From an uncultured Candidatus Saccharibacteria bacterium (GTDB taxonomy: Bacteria; Patescibacteriota; Saccharimonadia; Saccharimonadales; CAZNVG01), in contig CAYYKI010000001.1 in the NCBI GenBank assembly GCA_964440975.1, forward strand, positions 2,591 through 66,590: a stretch of 64,000 bases of DNA. Direction: 5' to 3'. This document shows positions 19,873 through 29,834 of this stretch, in pieces. A model generated the notes under the pieces. The model did no database searches. It had not been told where the DNA came from and saw only the letters and a list, made by a program, of their open reading frames with translations. Position numbers and translations under genes: made by a program. Every line of letters begins with the position of its first letter. The first letter of the stretch is position 1.

Positions 19873-20685
19873 ATGACCAAGAGTGGACAAAATAAACACA
19901 TCAAGTCAACCCTGTTATCTATTGTTATCCCTGCCTACCAGGAACAAAAGATCATTGGTAAATCACTTAATACCCTTCATGCCTATTTGCAAAAGGAAAA
20001 ACTGCTCACCAAGTGTGAGGTAATTGTAGTATCAGCAGATGGTAAAGACAAAACTGCCCAGATCGCTAAGCGTTATGCTAAATTATTTCAACATTTTCAG
20101 GTTATTCAGCCTGGACCAAAGGCAGGAAAAGGCCGTGATGTTCGAGTTGGAGTGCTCGCGTCCAAAGCTAAATACGTTTTGTTTATGGATGCCGACCTTG
20201 CTACTCCATTACACCACATAAGAAGCCTTCTTGCCTCTCTAGAGGACGGGGCAGACATAGTGATAGGAGTACGCCGCTTAACTCGAATACATAGCGGTGT
20301 GCGAATGTATGTATCGATTTTTGGAAATCTTCTTTCGCGACTTATATTGCTCCCAAGAATCAGTGACACACAATGTGGTTTTAAGGGCTTCACAAGACAA
20401 GCAGCACAAAAAATATTTCGTGTTCAGCAAATAAATGGCTGGGGTTTTGACATGGAGGTACTTGCCATTGGGAAAAACTGGAAATTACGAATCCAAGAAG
20501 TACTAATCGATGATTGGCATGATCCAAAGATTGAACAGGGATTAGTCGGAGAATCTCGGATATCGGCAGTAGTCAACACGCTTACTGAACTATTCATAAT
20601 TCGCATACGACTGCTACGCGGAGTATATGATGCAAAACCAACAACTCAACGAGCCCGAAGTACTGGGTTGTCAAATAGAACTTGA
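19873..20685 (+). CDS. GT2 glycosyltransferase (dolichyl/undecaprenyl-phosphate hexosyltransferase-like)
   Basis: LSIVIPAYQEQ ... SADGKDKT ... FMDADLATP are GT-A motifs. Confidence 0.75.
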   Translation: MTKSGQNKHIKSTLLSIVIPAYQEQKIIGKSLNTLHAYLQKEKLLTKCEVIVVSADGKDKTAQIAKRYAKLFQHFQVIQPGPKAGKGRDVRVGVLASKAKYVLFMDADLATPLHHIRSLLASLEDGADIVIGVRRLTRIHSGVRMYVSIFGNLLSRLILLPRISDTQCGFKGFTRQAAQKIFRVQQINGWGFDMEVLAIGKNWKLRIQEVLIDDWHDPKIEQGLVGESRISAVVNTLTELFIIRIRLLRGVYDAKPTTQRARSTGLSNRT

Positions 20686-22727
20686 CCTGGTTCGTTTTCT
20701 TCGAATGTTACATCCAGGTGCTTTGCTGAAGATACTTTGATATTCACCAGGTCGTCACTTGCGCAAATACGACGCTCTTCTTGCTGCCTCTCAGTCCTCA
20801 GAACTACGATACCGCATGCTCCGAGTTGTTGAATAGAGGCATCCTGCCGGATACGAACAGACAACAGCGAATCACTGTTGGTGTTTTCCAATTTAATAGT
20901 TGCCTTTCGATCAACCAGTAGGGCGTTGCTAATGCCTGCCTGGCGATAATCCAATCCAGACACTGTAGCCTGTTTTCCCGAACGATACATATTAAACCGT
21001 GGATAAATCTCTAGTGAAGGCTTGTCTTTTGGAACCATCACCCATAAAGTTGCGTCATGAACGATTGTTTTAGTTACTTGGTAGTTTGTAGTTATATAGT
21101 TACTGATTCTCCACACCGCGCCAGAAAGAGCCTCTGCCTGCAAGACATCAAAAACAATGATCTGTGGTTTGGTTTCTTGCAGCTGCTGGATAGTACTATC
21201 CTGTTCTGCCTCGGTAACCTGCGGCTCAAACGTGAGCAACTTAGTGGCGTGTTTTGGAGCCAAACTATAGTAGATGGGCTGAATTGGAAAACTAAATAGT
21301 GTCCGTGGCTGAAGGCGATCAGTCACCTCTTTAACATCATAATATTCTGCGTATAAGCTCGGGCTAACCTGCACCCCTCCAATTTTCGGTTCAGCTGAAC
21401 GTCCATCGTGTAACTGAGCTCGCACAGAATTAATCGTTGCTATCATAGAGGGCGTTAGTATGTATATGAGTACTGTGAAGGTTGCGCCCAGAATGAGGTA
21501 GCTATTTACTGCAACTCGACCGCTGCGATCAATATCAGTAGACTGATACTCTGGACGATTTTTAACAGCTACGGCGATTACAAAAGGTATGAGAACTAGA
21601 AAGGCGCTTTTTGAGAAGATAGCCAAAAGAAGTGCTCCAAAAAAAGCTACGCCGTATGGTGCAAATGCGTGCAATGCCTTTTTATTTATTTGCACGCCTC
21701 GACAACTGAGCAAAAACAAAGGAACGATCAAGAATAACTCAGGGATAGAAAAATACAAGTGTCCAGCATCACTTCTCCCAAGCAGGGTTGTTAGCCGCAA
21801 AATCCCGAAACCTAATATAACTCCTTCTTCTTTTCCTAGTTTTTGGTTGAAATATAAAATCCCAAAACAGAGTCCATACAGTATGAATGGGAGATAATAA
21901 ACTATGGCGCTATAGCTAAATGAGGGGAACGGAAGGTCCATGAATTTTGGCTGTCGAACCATAGCATAGTACGTAGTGTAGTAAACGAATGCGCCAAAAC
22001 TTGAATAAAATAGTATATATAGTAGTAATGGGGCTGCACCAGCTAGCGCCCCACCAACAATCGCCTGCAGCCGCTTTATTAATCCAGTCCAACTTGAGCG
22101 CCACACCACTTCGTTTGCGACCATAGTTACAGCAGCAATCGCTGCCATTTCTTGTCCAAAAATAAATGTAACACCAGCCGTAACACCTGCGAGCTTTAGC
22201 GCTCGTTGTTTTATATCTACCAATTCAAGACTACGAATGTATAGGGCTACCGCCAGAAATGCAAGACCGGCCCGTAGCTGACCGAACGGTGGTATCAGCA
22301 TTGTTAGGCCCACAGCAAAACCACCATACCAAAAAGCTTGTTTCTTTTTTAAGGCCTTGAGTATTATCATGACTGAAAGGGCAAAAACGAGTGGATAGAA
22401 TATTAATGCTTCCGCATACAACGCGAGGGTCAAAGAATTCTGATGCATACCAAAAATTCGAATAAATAATGACCACAAAAAGTACGAGCCAGGAGTACGA
22501 AAGTGCACAAAGTCCTTGTATATGACCTCGCCTTTAGCGATATTACTTGCAAATGCATAGAAGGTTGATTGATCACCCCCACCAAGGTTATCGTCATAGA
22601 ATTTGATGGACATAAATGCCCCGGCTAGCAAAACAAGTCCACAAATAACAATCGTTGCCGCCCTCCAAGAGGATAACATCTTGCGCATTTGCAAGGCCTT
22701 ATTCGGTTTCTCTATTCTGCCTGCCAT
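20646..22727 (-). CDS. GT-C-like integral membrane glycosyltransferase candidate (ArnT/PMT-like) with C-terminal extracytoplasmic domain
   Basis: 693 aa. The N-terminal ~420 aa are highly polytopic and the C-terminal ~270 aa soluble. Its 3' end overlaps the convergent GT2 gene by 40 nt. Confidence 0.45.
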   Translation of the reverse strand: MAGRIEKPNKALQMRKMLSSWRAATIVICGLVLLAGAFMSIKFYDDNLGGGDQSTFYAFASNIAKGEVIYKDFVHFRTPGSYFLWSLFIRIFGMHQNSLTLALYAEALIFYPLVFALSVMIILKALKKKQAFWYGGFAVGLTMLIPPFGQLRAGLAFLAVALYIRSLELVDIKQRALKLAGVTAGVTFIFGQEMAAIAAVTMVANEVVWRSSWTGLIKRLQAIVGGALAGAAPLLLYILFYSSFGAFVYYTTYYAMVRQPKFMDLPFPSFSYSAIVYYLPFILYGLCFGILYFNQKLGKEEGVILGFGILRLTTLLGRSDAGHLYFSIPELFLIVPLFLLSCRGVQINKKALHAFAPYGVAFFGALLLAIFSKSAFLVLIPFVIAVAVKNRPEYQSTDIDRSGRVAVNSYLILGATFTVLIYILTPSMIATINSVRAQLHDGRSAEPKIGGVQVSPSLYAEYYDVKEVTDRLQPRTLFSFPIQPIYYSLAPKHATKLLTFEPQVTEAEQDSTIQQLQETKPQIIVFDVLQAEALSGAVWRISNYITTNYQVTKTIVHDATLWVMVPKDKPSLEIYPRFNMYRSGKQATVSGLDYRQAGISNALLVDRKATIKLENTNSDSLLSVRIRQDASIQQLGACGIVVLRTERQQEERRICASDDLVNIKVSSAKHLDVTFEENEPGQVLFDNPVLRAR

Positions 22728-22787
22728 CGTTACAGATATAGTAATGGTCTGGCTGCGATTGTCCTAATTTACGAGTTTGTGCTGACC

Positions 22788-25145
22788 CTACAGACTCGCG
22801 CCTGTCGGTATTGTTGCCGCGAAGTTGTCCGAAACTTGTAGCGTATTCTGCGACGTCCCCCCTTGCGTGGTATAGGTTTGCATGCTGGTTACGTGGCGTT
22901 TCTGCCCGCTCGCTATTTTGTATATTTTTCCATCGTTCGTACGAATAAAATTGGTGAGCTCTTGAGTTGATGTTGGTAAATAGCCGCAATTAACGCTATT
23001 TAAACTGTTGAATTGATTGTCAGCCCAGCCATAATCGTTTTGTACTGATAAGCTAACCGCAAATAGCGTGCCGTTGCTTGCAGCATACTTTGTGCCGTTG
23101 CAATTAATCAGATTAGTCAAGTTTCCAATCTCTTGGTATGTTGCCAAGCTACTCGAATCGACCGTTCGAACGTTACTACTCACACCCATATCGTTTGTTG
23201 TACCAAAGCTGCCCACATACCACTTACGCAGAAATCCATCTATATAATAGACGTTTGGACTGTTATTGGGTTTCACCAGGCTGTCTGTTACGTATGCTGG
23301 AGGCCCATCAGATATTGCGTTAGTCGATGAAGGATATAGCGTAGCAAATGAGCTAGAGTTTCCATTGAGCTTCACGAAATAATTCCAGTCTTCCATTGGG
23401 TACTTTTTAGCTCCTTGAACATAGTAGATGACTGGACTATTAGAGGGCTTAACGAAGCCGTTATTAATTGGCTGCGATGAGGTTGGAGTCTGAGAAATTA
23501 CACTATCGTCAAAATCAGTGTTGAAGGTTGACGACCAGTCACTTGGCGACGTGAGCTGCTTTTTACCAGAGCCATCGACAAGGAAATTGGAACCTGATGT
23601 ATTAGCAATAAATCCATTGAAACTGGGGTTTATGGTCGATCGCAAAATCGTATCATCAGTGAGGCTACCGTGCGTCATTCCAGCAATAAATGGGCTGGAA
23701 AGAAATTCACTAGGGATTGGTGTAAATTCTCCATCTCGATAGTAATAATAGTTTGCCGTGTAGAATCCACGTACAATCACATTACTTCGTATTACTGGAC
23801 TTCCAAGTGGTAGGTTTTCTATGGCATCTGCCTCAAGCCGGTTGTAGTAGCCACTCAACCCTGCGTTCTGCCTAGATTGCTCGTCGTATACCTCGCTCCG
23901 ACTTCCGCCTGAAATGTAGTAGTTTGTGTTATTTGTTGTCTGGAAGAATGCTGTCATGTCAGGACCAGTTTGCATGGCAGCCATTTGGTAATCATTCAAT
24001 ACTGCTTCTTGGCCACACGCCATGCCATAGGCCACAAGCATCTCACACGAGGTGAACTTGAGCTTATAGCCGGCATCAAAGAAATACAGATCGGCATTGG
24101 TGTTTGATTTAATAGCTCTTTTTAAAGCAGCGCCAGTCTGAAGGCTATCTAGGTACGCCTGTGATGTGTAGCTAACTTCACCCAGTGGCCTTGTAAGGTC
24201 GTACAACAACCCAGAACTATAAATGGGATATTTTTTATCGTATGCAATCAGGTATACCAGTGGGTTTTCATTCGTTCTCACTAATGAGGTGGATCGAGTA
24301 GAGCCAAACCAATCATTAAACATTCTCCAAAAGTTACGATTACCGTAGGCACTACAACCATCACCGATACCATATAAATTATTGAGTGCTGCAGCATTTG
24401 GCTGGTACGGCGTGTAGTTATATAAAGCAGCTGTAGCACCGTTTTGTATTGATATGTTAGAGCCCCCACATCCTGCGTTTGGGTTGTAGGCAATATAGCT
24501 TGTTCTTCCTGCGGCGTAGTTAAACGAGTTGGGCTGTAGAACATATCGTTTAAACTGTCGGGCTGCGCGATAGACTTGATTGAAGAATCCATAATACTCA
24601 GCATCACACGGAGCAGTATCGGGGCAGCCATATCCAGTCGCCGATCGATATTGTATGGGCCAAGGCCAGTCGTCGGTAATGAGGCTTTGTTCCTTTTGCA
24701 GCAATACAATGAGTGACTGCGGATTAATGCCGCAAACTTTTGCAACATCATAGATAATCATGGCGGCACTTTTGTTTCCTCCACTCATACCTCCACAAAA
24801 AGCGTCTGGAGCAATTTGTGGAACACTTTGGACGTAGTCCTTTACACAGGTATAGGGCGGTGGCACCCCGCTGGCTCTACCAAAGTCTGCACGAGTGGCA
24901 TAACCAGCTCTTCCCGACGGTTGGGAACCATTAGTATCGCAAGTCGGGACTTTGGAGTTTAAAAATGCCTGGATAGTACTAATATCCATTGTATTACTAT
25001 TGAAGAATATGCCGTCACCAATTATATTAGCGGCATTGAAGCTACTACCAGACAGCGCAGATGCACGAGAAGCACTAAATGGTGCAGCCTGAACTAAGGT
25101 TGCCAAAACAAATACAACGCCGAGGAATAGAGAGTGTCGCTTCAT
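22788..25145 (-). CDS. large secreted Asn/Tyr/Ser/Thr-rich surface protein (785 aa)
   Basis: Signal peptide MKRHSLFLGVVFVLATLVQAAPFSASRASA, no TM helices. Located inside the glycan locus. Confidence 0.5.
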   Translation of the reverse strand: MKRHSLFLGVVFVLATLVQAAPFSASRASALSGSSFNAANIIGDGIFFNSNTMDISTIQAFLNSKVPTCDTNGSQPSGRAGYATRADFGRASGVPPPYTCVKDYVQSVPQIAPDAFCGGMSGGNKSAAMIIYDVAKVCGINPQSLIVLLQKEQSLITDDWPWPIQYRSATGYGCPDTAPCDAEYYGFFNQVYRAARQFKRYVLQPNSFNYAAGRTSYIAYNPNAGCGGSNISIQNGATAALYNYTPYQPNAAALNNLYGIGDGCSAYGNRNFWRMFNDWFGSTRSTSLVRTNENPLVYLIAYDKKYPIYSSGLLYDLTRPLGEVSYTSQAYLDSLQTGAALKRAIKSNTNADLYFFDAGYKLKFTSCEMLVAYGMACGQEAVLNDYQMAAMQTGPDMTAFFQTTNNTNYYISGGSRSEVYDEQSRQNAGLSGYYNRLEADAIENLPLGSPVIRSNVIVRGFYTANYYYYRDGEFTPIPSEFLSSPFIAGMTHGSLTDDTILRSTINPSFNGFIANTSGSNFLVDGSGKKQLTSPSDWSSTFNTDFDDSVISQTPTSSQPINNGFVKPSNSPVIYYVQGAKKYPMEDWNYFVKLNGNSSSFATLYPSSTNAISDGPPAYVTDSLVKPNNSPNVYYIDGFLRKWYVGSFGTTNDMGVSSNVRTVDSSSLATYQEIGNLTNLINCNGTKYAASNGTLFAVSLSVQNDYGWADNQFNSLNSVNCGYLPTSTQELTNFIRTNDGKIYKIASGQKRHVTSMQTYTTQGGTSQNTLQVSDNFAATIPTGASL

Positions 25146-25675
25146 AATTTCACCTCTTTTTCGGCCGAAGTTCCCTGTGCTTTAGGGGAAGAGTACGAGA
25201 CGGAGAGTTTCCAAATGCCTGGCGCAGTAAAGTCTGAGCGATTGAACGTCGTATACTCACAATTTGTAGTAGTGGCGTTGGCCATCCCTGACACATTTCT
25301 GGATACCTTATTTGCTCCTTGTTGCAGTGTTATTGTGCAAACACCCCCATCTTCAATAATCCCGCTAACATAGCTAGCTATTTGTACCGATGCGTCGTCT
25401 ACGGTAGCAGACGTTATTGTGACAACTATAGAGTTGCCGTTGTTGCTTGTTTGCGGTGTCTGCGTTTGCTGCTTGGCTATATCATCTTTATGCTGCTCTG
25501 TTTCGGCCTTCTCTGTTTCAGTTGGAGGGTTGTAGTTTATCTCGCCAGTTGGATTTTCTGGTATTTGTGTTGGTGTTTTTGCATTATTTGGCCATAACAT
25601 CACCGCTCCGCCAACCGCCAGCAGAGTAACGCCGCCTGCAAGGGCAACCTTCTTGTACGCTAAGAGCCTATGCAT
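25142..25675 (-). CDS. membrane-anchored small hypothetical protein, co-transcribed with the 785-aa protein
   Basis: N-terminal TM helix AYKKVALAGGVTLLAVGGAVMLW; Thr/Gln-rich linker; ATGA start/stop overlap with the downstream gene. Confidence 0.4.
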   Translation of the reverse strand: MHRLLAYKKVALAGGVTLLAVGGAVMLWPNNAKTPTQIPENPTGEINYNPPTETEKAETEQHKDDIAKQQTQTPQTSNNGNSIVVTITSATVDDASVQIASYVSGIIEDGGVCTITLQQGANKVSRNVSGMANATTTNCEYTTFNRSDFTAPGIWKLSVSYSSPKAQGTSAEKEVKL

Positions 25676-25762
25676 GGGAGATATATTTTATCAGTTTTTA
25701 TCTTTTATGTTAGTGCTTTAATTGTATGCCAATTGTAAGTTATCCACAAGAGTATTTGTCTA

Positions 25763-26731
25763 TTATCTTTTGCGCGCTTTTTGCTCTAACGAATAGTTTT
25801 TGCCTTTCTTGTTGAATCGACTCTTAGCGCCCTTATCTGCGGCTCGACCGGCAGTACGTCGCAGTATGTTATATATCGGGGCTTGCATTAGCCAGCGAAG
25901 CTTTGCTTTTGTGGTGTAATCTTTATCTTTGATAATAAACTTGATGTCTTGCCAGCTATCTTTTAGCGAGCCAAACAGCAATTCCTGCACGCTAACTAGC
26001 TGGCGCTCTGGATACAGTCTCTTTAGGGCAGCATATTCGTCATACACCCGCCCGAAATACTCCTTCAGTTTGTAATTATGGGAATGAATGACTGATCCAT
26101 ATGGCACATATGCCTTAATTAAACCTTTATTAAGAATATCTTCGGCAAGATACCTGTCTTCAGCGTACGGCACGTCTCGATAAGGTATGTCTTTAAGCAG
26201 CGCAGTTCGACGGACCGCTGAGTTAGCATCGGAAAAAAATTCACTCGTTGCTGGAAAAGAATCGTTTACGAAGGGATCGCGATAATGAAGCGTCAGACTG
26301 CCGTCGGGCCCCTGACCAGCAAAAGCGTTAATCATATCTCGCTTGTTGAGCGGCATACAGTCAGGACGTGGAATTTGTTTGCCAAAAACAGCTACGATTT
26401 TTTCACTGATACTAAATGGGTGCATCATTTCGTTTAGCCAGTTCTCGTGTGCTGGCACTGCATCTTGCGTAAGGTACATTATGATTTCGCCCTTTGCCAG
26501 TTTGGCAATGGCATTTCGGGTTTTCCCGTGCCCAAATTCTGAATTGCTGATTTGTACCAGCCTAACCTTATCGCCAAACCGACGAATAATGTCGAGTGTT
26601 CGGTCGGTTGAACCGGAGTCAACTATCAGTAACTCGTATTGCTTTTTAGTCTTCTGACTAAGTATCGATTCTATGACTGACTCCATGAACTCTTCGCCAT
26701 TAAAGGTAGGGATCGCAACTGTCACATCCAT
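25763..26731 (-). CDS. GT2 glycosyltransferase
   Basis: VAIPTFNGEEF ... LLIVDSGSTDRT is the GT-A fold signature. Confidence 0.75.
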   Translation of the reverse strand: MDVTVAIPTFNGEEFMESVIESILSQKTKKQYELLIVDSGSTDRTLDIIRRFGDKVRLVQISNSEFGHGKTRNAIAKLAKGEIIMYLTQDAVPAHENWLNEMMHPFSISEKIVAVFGKQIPRPDCMPLNKRDMINAFAGQGPDGSLTLHYRDPFVNDSFPATSEFFSDANSAVRRTALLKDIPYRDVPYAEDRYLAEDILNKGLIKAYVPYGSVIHSHNYKLKEYFGRVYDEYAALKRLYPERQLVSVQELLFGSLKDSWQDIKFIIKDKDYTTKAKLRWLMQAPIYNILRRTAGRAADKGAKSRFNKKGKNYSLEQKARKR

Positions 26732-27981
26732 TATAGTCCTGCCTTCTTACGCATAAAGGTTTCGGCTGCATCCCAAGTCTTTCCCCACGGCTCAAGCCGC
26801 GCCTTTGACGAAGCCTCCTTGAAGTAAGTGGGTGCTGTATCAAATAATAACTTTTCAGCTTCCGCCACCATCTTGCTAGGATCCGGATCAATATAGCGCA
26901 TGTACGGGCTATCGAAAACCATTGAGTTATTATCAGCTTTATTAACAAGAGGTATGCAACCGGTTGCAAGCATTTCCTGGGGAATTAGTGACATATTCGT
27001 AAACGAAATTACTATACCAGTTCGACATCTATTGTAGATTTTGTTTAGTTGTTCGTGTGACGTAACGCCATGATCTTCATAGGTAAAATCAAATTTGTAT
27101 TTTTTTAAATCTCCACCAAAACAATGAATTTTAAGGTCTGGATGTTTACGGGCTAATTGTTCGAGCACCAGTATGCCTAACTCAAATCCGCGCCGAGGAG
27201 TTCCTGGTCGTGCATAAAAACATATATCTTTACGAGGTTTGTTTTGATTGAAATAAATATGATGATCAATACCAAAATCAAAGCTTTCACAATCCATGCC
27301 AAATTCATCATGAAGCTTATGCTTCAGCCACTTACCCGCAGTAATTCCGTATAGTCCGTACGTATAGGTGTTTTCCGCAAAGGTTGAGTAGGATCCAACT
27401 GCGTTAAACATTGGTTCGTAGTCTTGGACAAAATAGAAACGAGGACATTTGTTTTTTATGCTCAAACACCCGTATACAGAAGTCCAGTCAGTAGCATACA
27501 AAATATCTGCTTTTTCAGCACCTTCTAGTCCGTAAAACACCTCAGCCTTGAACTTAGCAAACTGTGTCTTGAGAATTTCAACCGCAACCTCGGGCTTTTT
27601 TGTCTTCAACGGATCATATATGTACAAGCTGACCTGATAATCCTTAGTTTCAAGAAACTGCACATACCTTGATATCGTAGTGTGTCCACCCGATCCAGGA
27701 TCTGCGGGGGGGACAATCATACCTATTTTAGTTCGACCCTGGTTTTTAGATACCTTATACTGAGTAACTTTTTTTGCACCAACAATATGCTTTTTTTCCG
27801 CGGGCCACACCACCTCTAAATCCTTTCCGGCGCCCCTGAGCATACGCACTTCAGCAGCCCACTCTTCGTTGCGTTCTTCGAGCTTTTCGATGGTACTACG
27901 GAGTGCGTCCACCTTTTTCATAACAATGCTCGCGGGATACGTTTTGCGTAACACTGACTTTGCTATCTGTCTCTTGTTCAT
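26731..27981 (-). CDS. putative GT-B glycosyltransferase, WsaF-like
   Basis: IGMIVPPADPGSGGHTTISRYV resembles the N-terminal nucleotide-sugar pocket of WsaF-type rhamnosyltransferases. Operonic with GT2 and sugar-modification genes. Tentative. Confidence 0.4.
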   Translation of the reverse strand: MNKRQIAKSVLRKTYPASIVMKKVDALRSTIEKLEERNEEWAAEVRMLRGAGKDLEVVWPAEKKHIVGAKKVTQYKVSKNQGRTKIGMIVPPADPGSGGHTTISRYVQFLETKDYQVSLYIYDPLKTKKPEVAVEILKTQFAKFKAEVFYGLEGAEKADILYATDWTSVYGCLSIKNKCPRFYFVQDYEPMFNAVGSYSTFAENTYTYGLYGITAGKWLKHKLHDEFGMDCESFDFGIDHHIYFNQNKPRKDICFYARPGTPRRGFELGILVLEQLARKHPDLKIHCFGGDLKKYKFDFTYEDHGVTSHEQLNKIYNRCRTGIVISFTNMSLIPQEMLATGCIPLVNKADNNSMVFDSPYMRYIDPDPSKMVAEAEKLLFDTAPTYFKEASSKARLEPWGKTWDAAETFMRKKAGL

Positions 27982-27999
27982 ACCTTGGAGAATCCTTTG

Positions 28000-28539
28000 T
28001 TATCTACTATTCTTTGCTATAAGCGTGTAGTGAAACGGCATCAAAAACCTATCAGCCTGTTCAAGTCCTTTCAGCTCAATCAGCTCAAAATCCTTAAATA
28101 ACTCTCGTAAGCCGTGTTCCGTAAACCGCCAACAATCAGGTAGCGGTCCATGGATCCTAAAATCAAAAGGTGTCGAAACCAAAGCAAGCCCGCCTTTTTT
28201 AAGGATTCGTCGAATCTCGGCAACTGCATTGAAGGGTTGTAGGGTGTGCTCTAGAACTTCAGTGCACACCACAATATCAAATGACTCACTTGGTATGGTT
28301 GCACTGTTATTGGTGCATAAATCAGCAATGTAATCAGCCCCAGACTCTGCGTCTATATCCATCGTCTTGATCGATGCGTTCGGAAAATAGGGAGATGCCC
28401 CCTCGTGATCTTGTGGTGCGATATCTAATATGGTCAGCCCATTATTGTCGTACTTTTGGCCGCATTGCTGCATAAAATTGCTAATGTTTTGGCGCATTTT
28501 TTTATGAATTTCTTTATCAAGATCGGATACTTCTGGCAT
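28000..28539 (-). CDS. class I SAM-dependent methyltransferase
   Basis: LTILDIAPQ ... VVCTEVLEHTLQPFNAVAEIRRILKKGGLALVSTP is a Methyltransf_11-type pattern. Confidence 0.65.
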   Translation of the reverse strand: MPEVSDLDKEIHKKMRQNISNFMQQCGQKYDNNGLTILDIAPQDHEGASPYFPNASIKTMDIDAESGADYIADLCTNNSATIPSESFDIVVCTEVLEHTLQPFNAVAEIRRILKKGGLALVSTPFDFRIHGPLPDCWRFTEHGLRELFKDFELIELKGLEQADRFLMPFHYTLIAKNSR

Positions 28540-28544
28540 AATTA

Positions 28545-29834
28545 CTAATCCTTTTCCATTAATGCTTCAATCATGTGTGAATCAAATACTGGCAGTCCGA
28601 GTTCTTTGTGTACAGATGCACGCTCAGCATGCGAATCATCTATGAATATTGCTTTTGTTTCCGTAATCCGTGACGGCTTTAACGAACCGTCCTGAATCCA
28701 TATTATCTCATCAAACATTTGTCCGAGTCGGTACTTTTTTAAGGTTTCGTTTAAGTCCTGTTTGTGCTTGGTGATCAAATGTAACTTAATACCCTTATTC
28801 AAACACTGGTACAAGAAAGCGACTATCTGAGTGTTCACTCTGTTGTTGAAAATGATAAGGTCGTCAAAATCAATATACACATGCTCATATTCGAGATTAT
28901 GCGTGTAGCGACTAGCGAGTGCTCGATCGATTGTCAGCTCGACGTCGTTTTCAAAGATGTCTACATCATAACCCATCCAGTCAAACAAGTTGAGTAGTGG
29001 TAAATTCACACCCGCACACCGAACCAGCCCCATTGTTCCGGCTACCCGTACGGCGACCTCCATGAGCACTAGTTCACCGTTTGATCTCTCTTTAACCTGG
29101 AAGAACCAGACGCCTCGCAGTTCCAAAATTTCATTAATTTTTTCTGCCATCTTCCTGAATCGACTGTCCTTTGTAGTCATAGAGCTAACACTAATTCCAT
29201 TTGAAATTCTCTTACGCTGTCTGCCCCGGACAAACCTGACTGCACCATGTCGGTCAGTAAAGCAATCTATGGTGTATTCCTTTCCAGGTAGGTATTCCAA
29301 CAATAGTAAGCTTGGGTTTTGGTTGAGGTAGAAGATGGCTTCGTCACTATTTTGGGCAACATGGGTGCCTTTTGAGCCCTGCCCAACATTTGGTTTCATA
29401 AAAATTGGGTATTGATCACCAGGGATGGCGCCTACAGCGCCGTAAACCCTCGGAGTCTCTACGGCTAACTGAAGATATTCATACGTCTTACGTTTTGAAC
29501 GCACAATCTGGTTTGTGCTATAGCTTGATGATATTACATCACAAGCAAGCAGACCCTTATCGCTCGCCTCGCTAAGCCGTAGTGCAACCTCATCATGTGC
29601 CGGAAAAATTGCTGCAATGTCGTGGGCCTTCACCGTGGCATTTATCGCCTCAATGAAGTTCCTATCATTAACATAGGGGAGTTCCGGAATATAGTTCTTG
29701 TAAACAAATTGGCCATGATCATCCTCCGATGATCCCCCCCAGAGCTCAAAGTGAGTAGAGAAGCAAACAGAGCGATAGATTTCTAAACCTATTTCCGAAC
29801 CGCACGGAAAGACCAAGACATTCTTTTTAGGCAT
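28545..29834 (-). CDS. ATP-grasp ligase fused to a C-terminal HAD-like hydrolase domain
   Basis: Central ATP-grasp motifs (PIFMKPNVGQGSKGTHV ... EYLPGKEYTIDCF ... LMEVAVRVAG). C-terminal HAD-like DFDDLII ... FIDDSHAE. Confidence 0.55.
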   Translation of the reverse strand: MPKKNVLVFPCGSEIGLEIYRSVCFSTHFELWGGSSEDDHGQFVYKNYIPELPYVNDRNFIEAINATVKAHDIAAIFPAHDEVALRLSEASDKGLLACDVISSSYSTNQIVRSKRKTYEYLQLAVETPRVYGAVGAIPGDQYPIFMKPNVGQGSKGTHVAQNSDEAIFYLNQNPSLLLLEYLPGKEYTIDCFTDRHGAVRFVRGRQRKRISNGISVSSMTTKDSRFRKMAEKINEILELRGVWFFQVKERSNGELVLMEVAVRVAGTMGLVRCAGVNLPLLNLFDWMGYDVDIFENDVELTIDRALASRYTHNLEYEHVYIDFDDLIIFNNRVNTQIVAFLYQCLNKGIKLHLITKHKQDLNETLKKYRLGQMFDEIIWIQDGSLKPSRITETKAIFIDDSHAERASVHKELGLPVFDSHMIEALMEKD

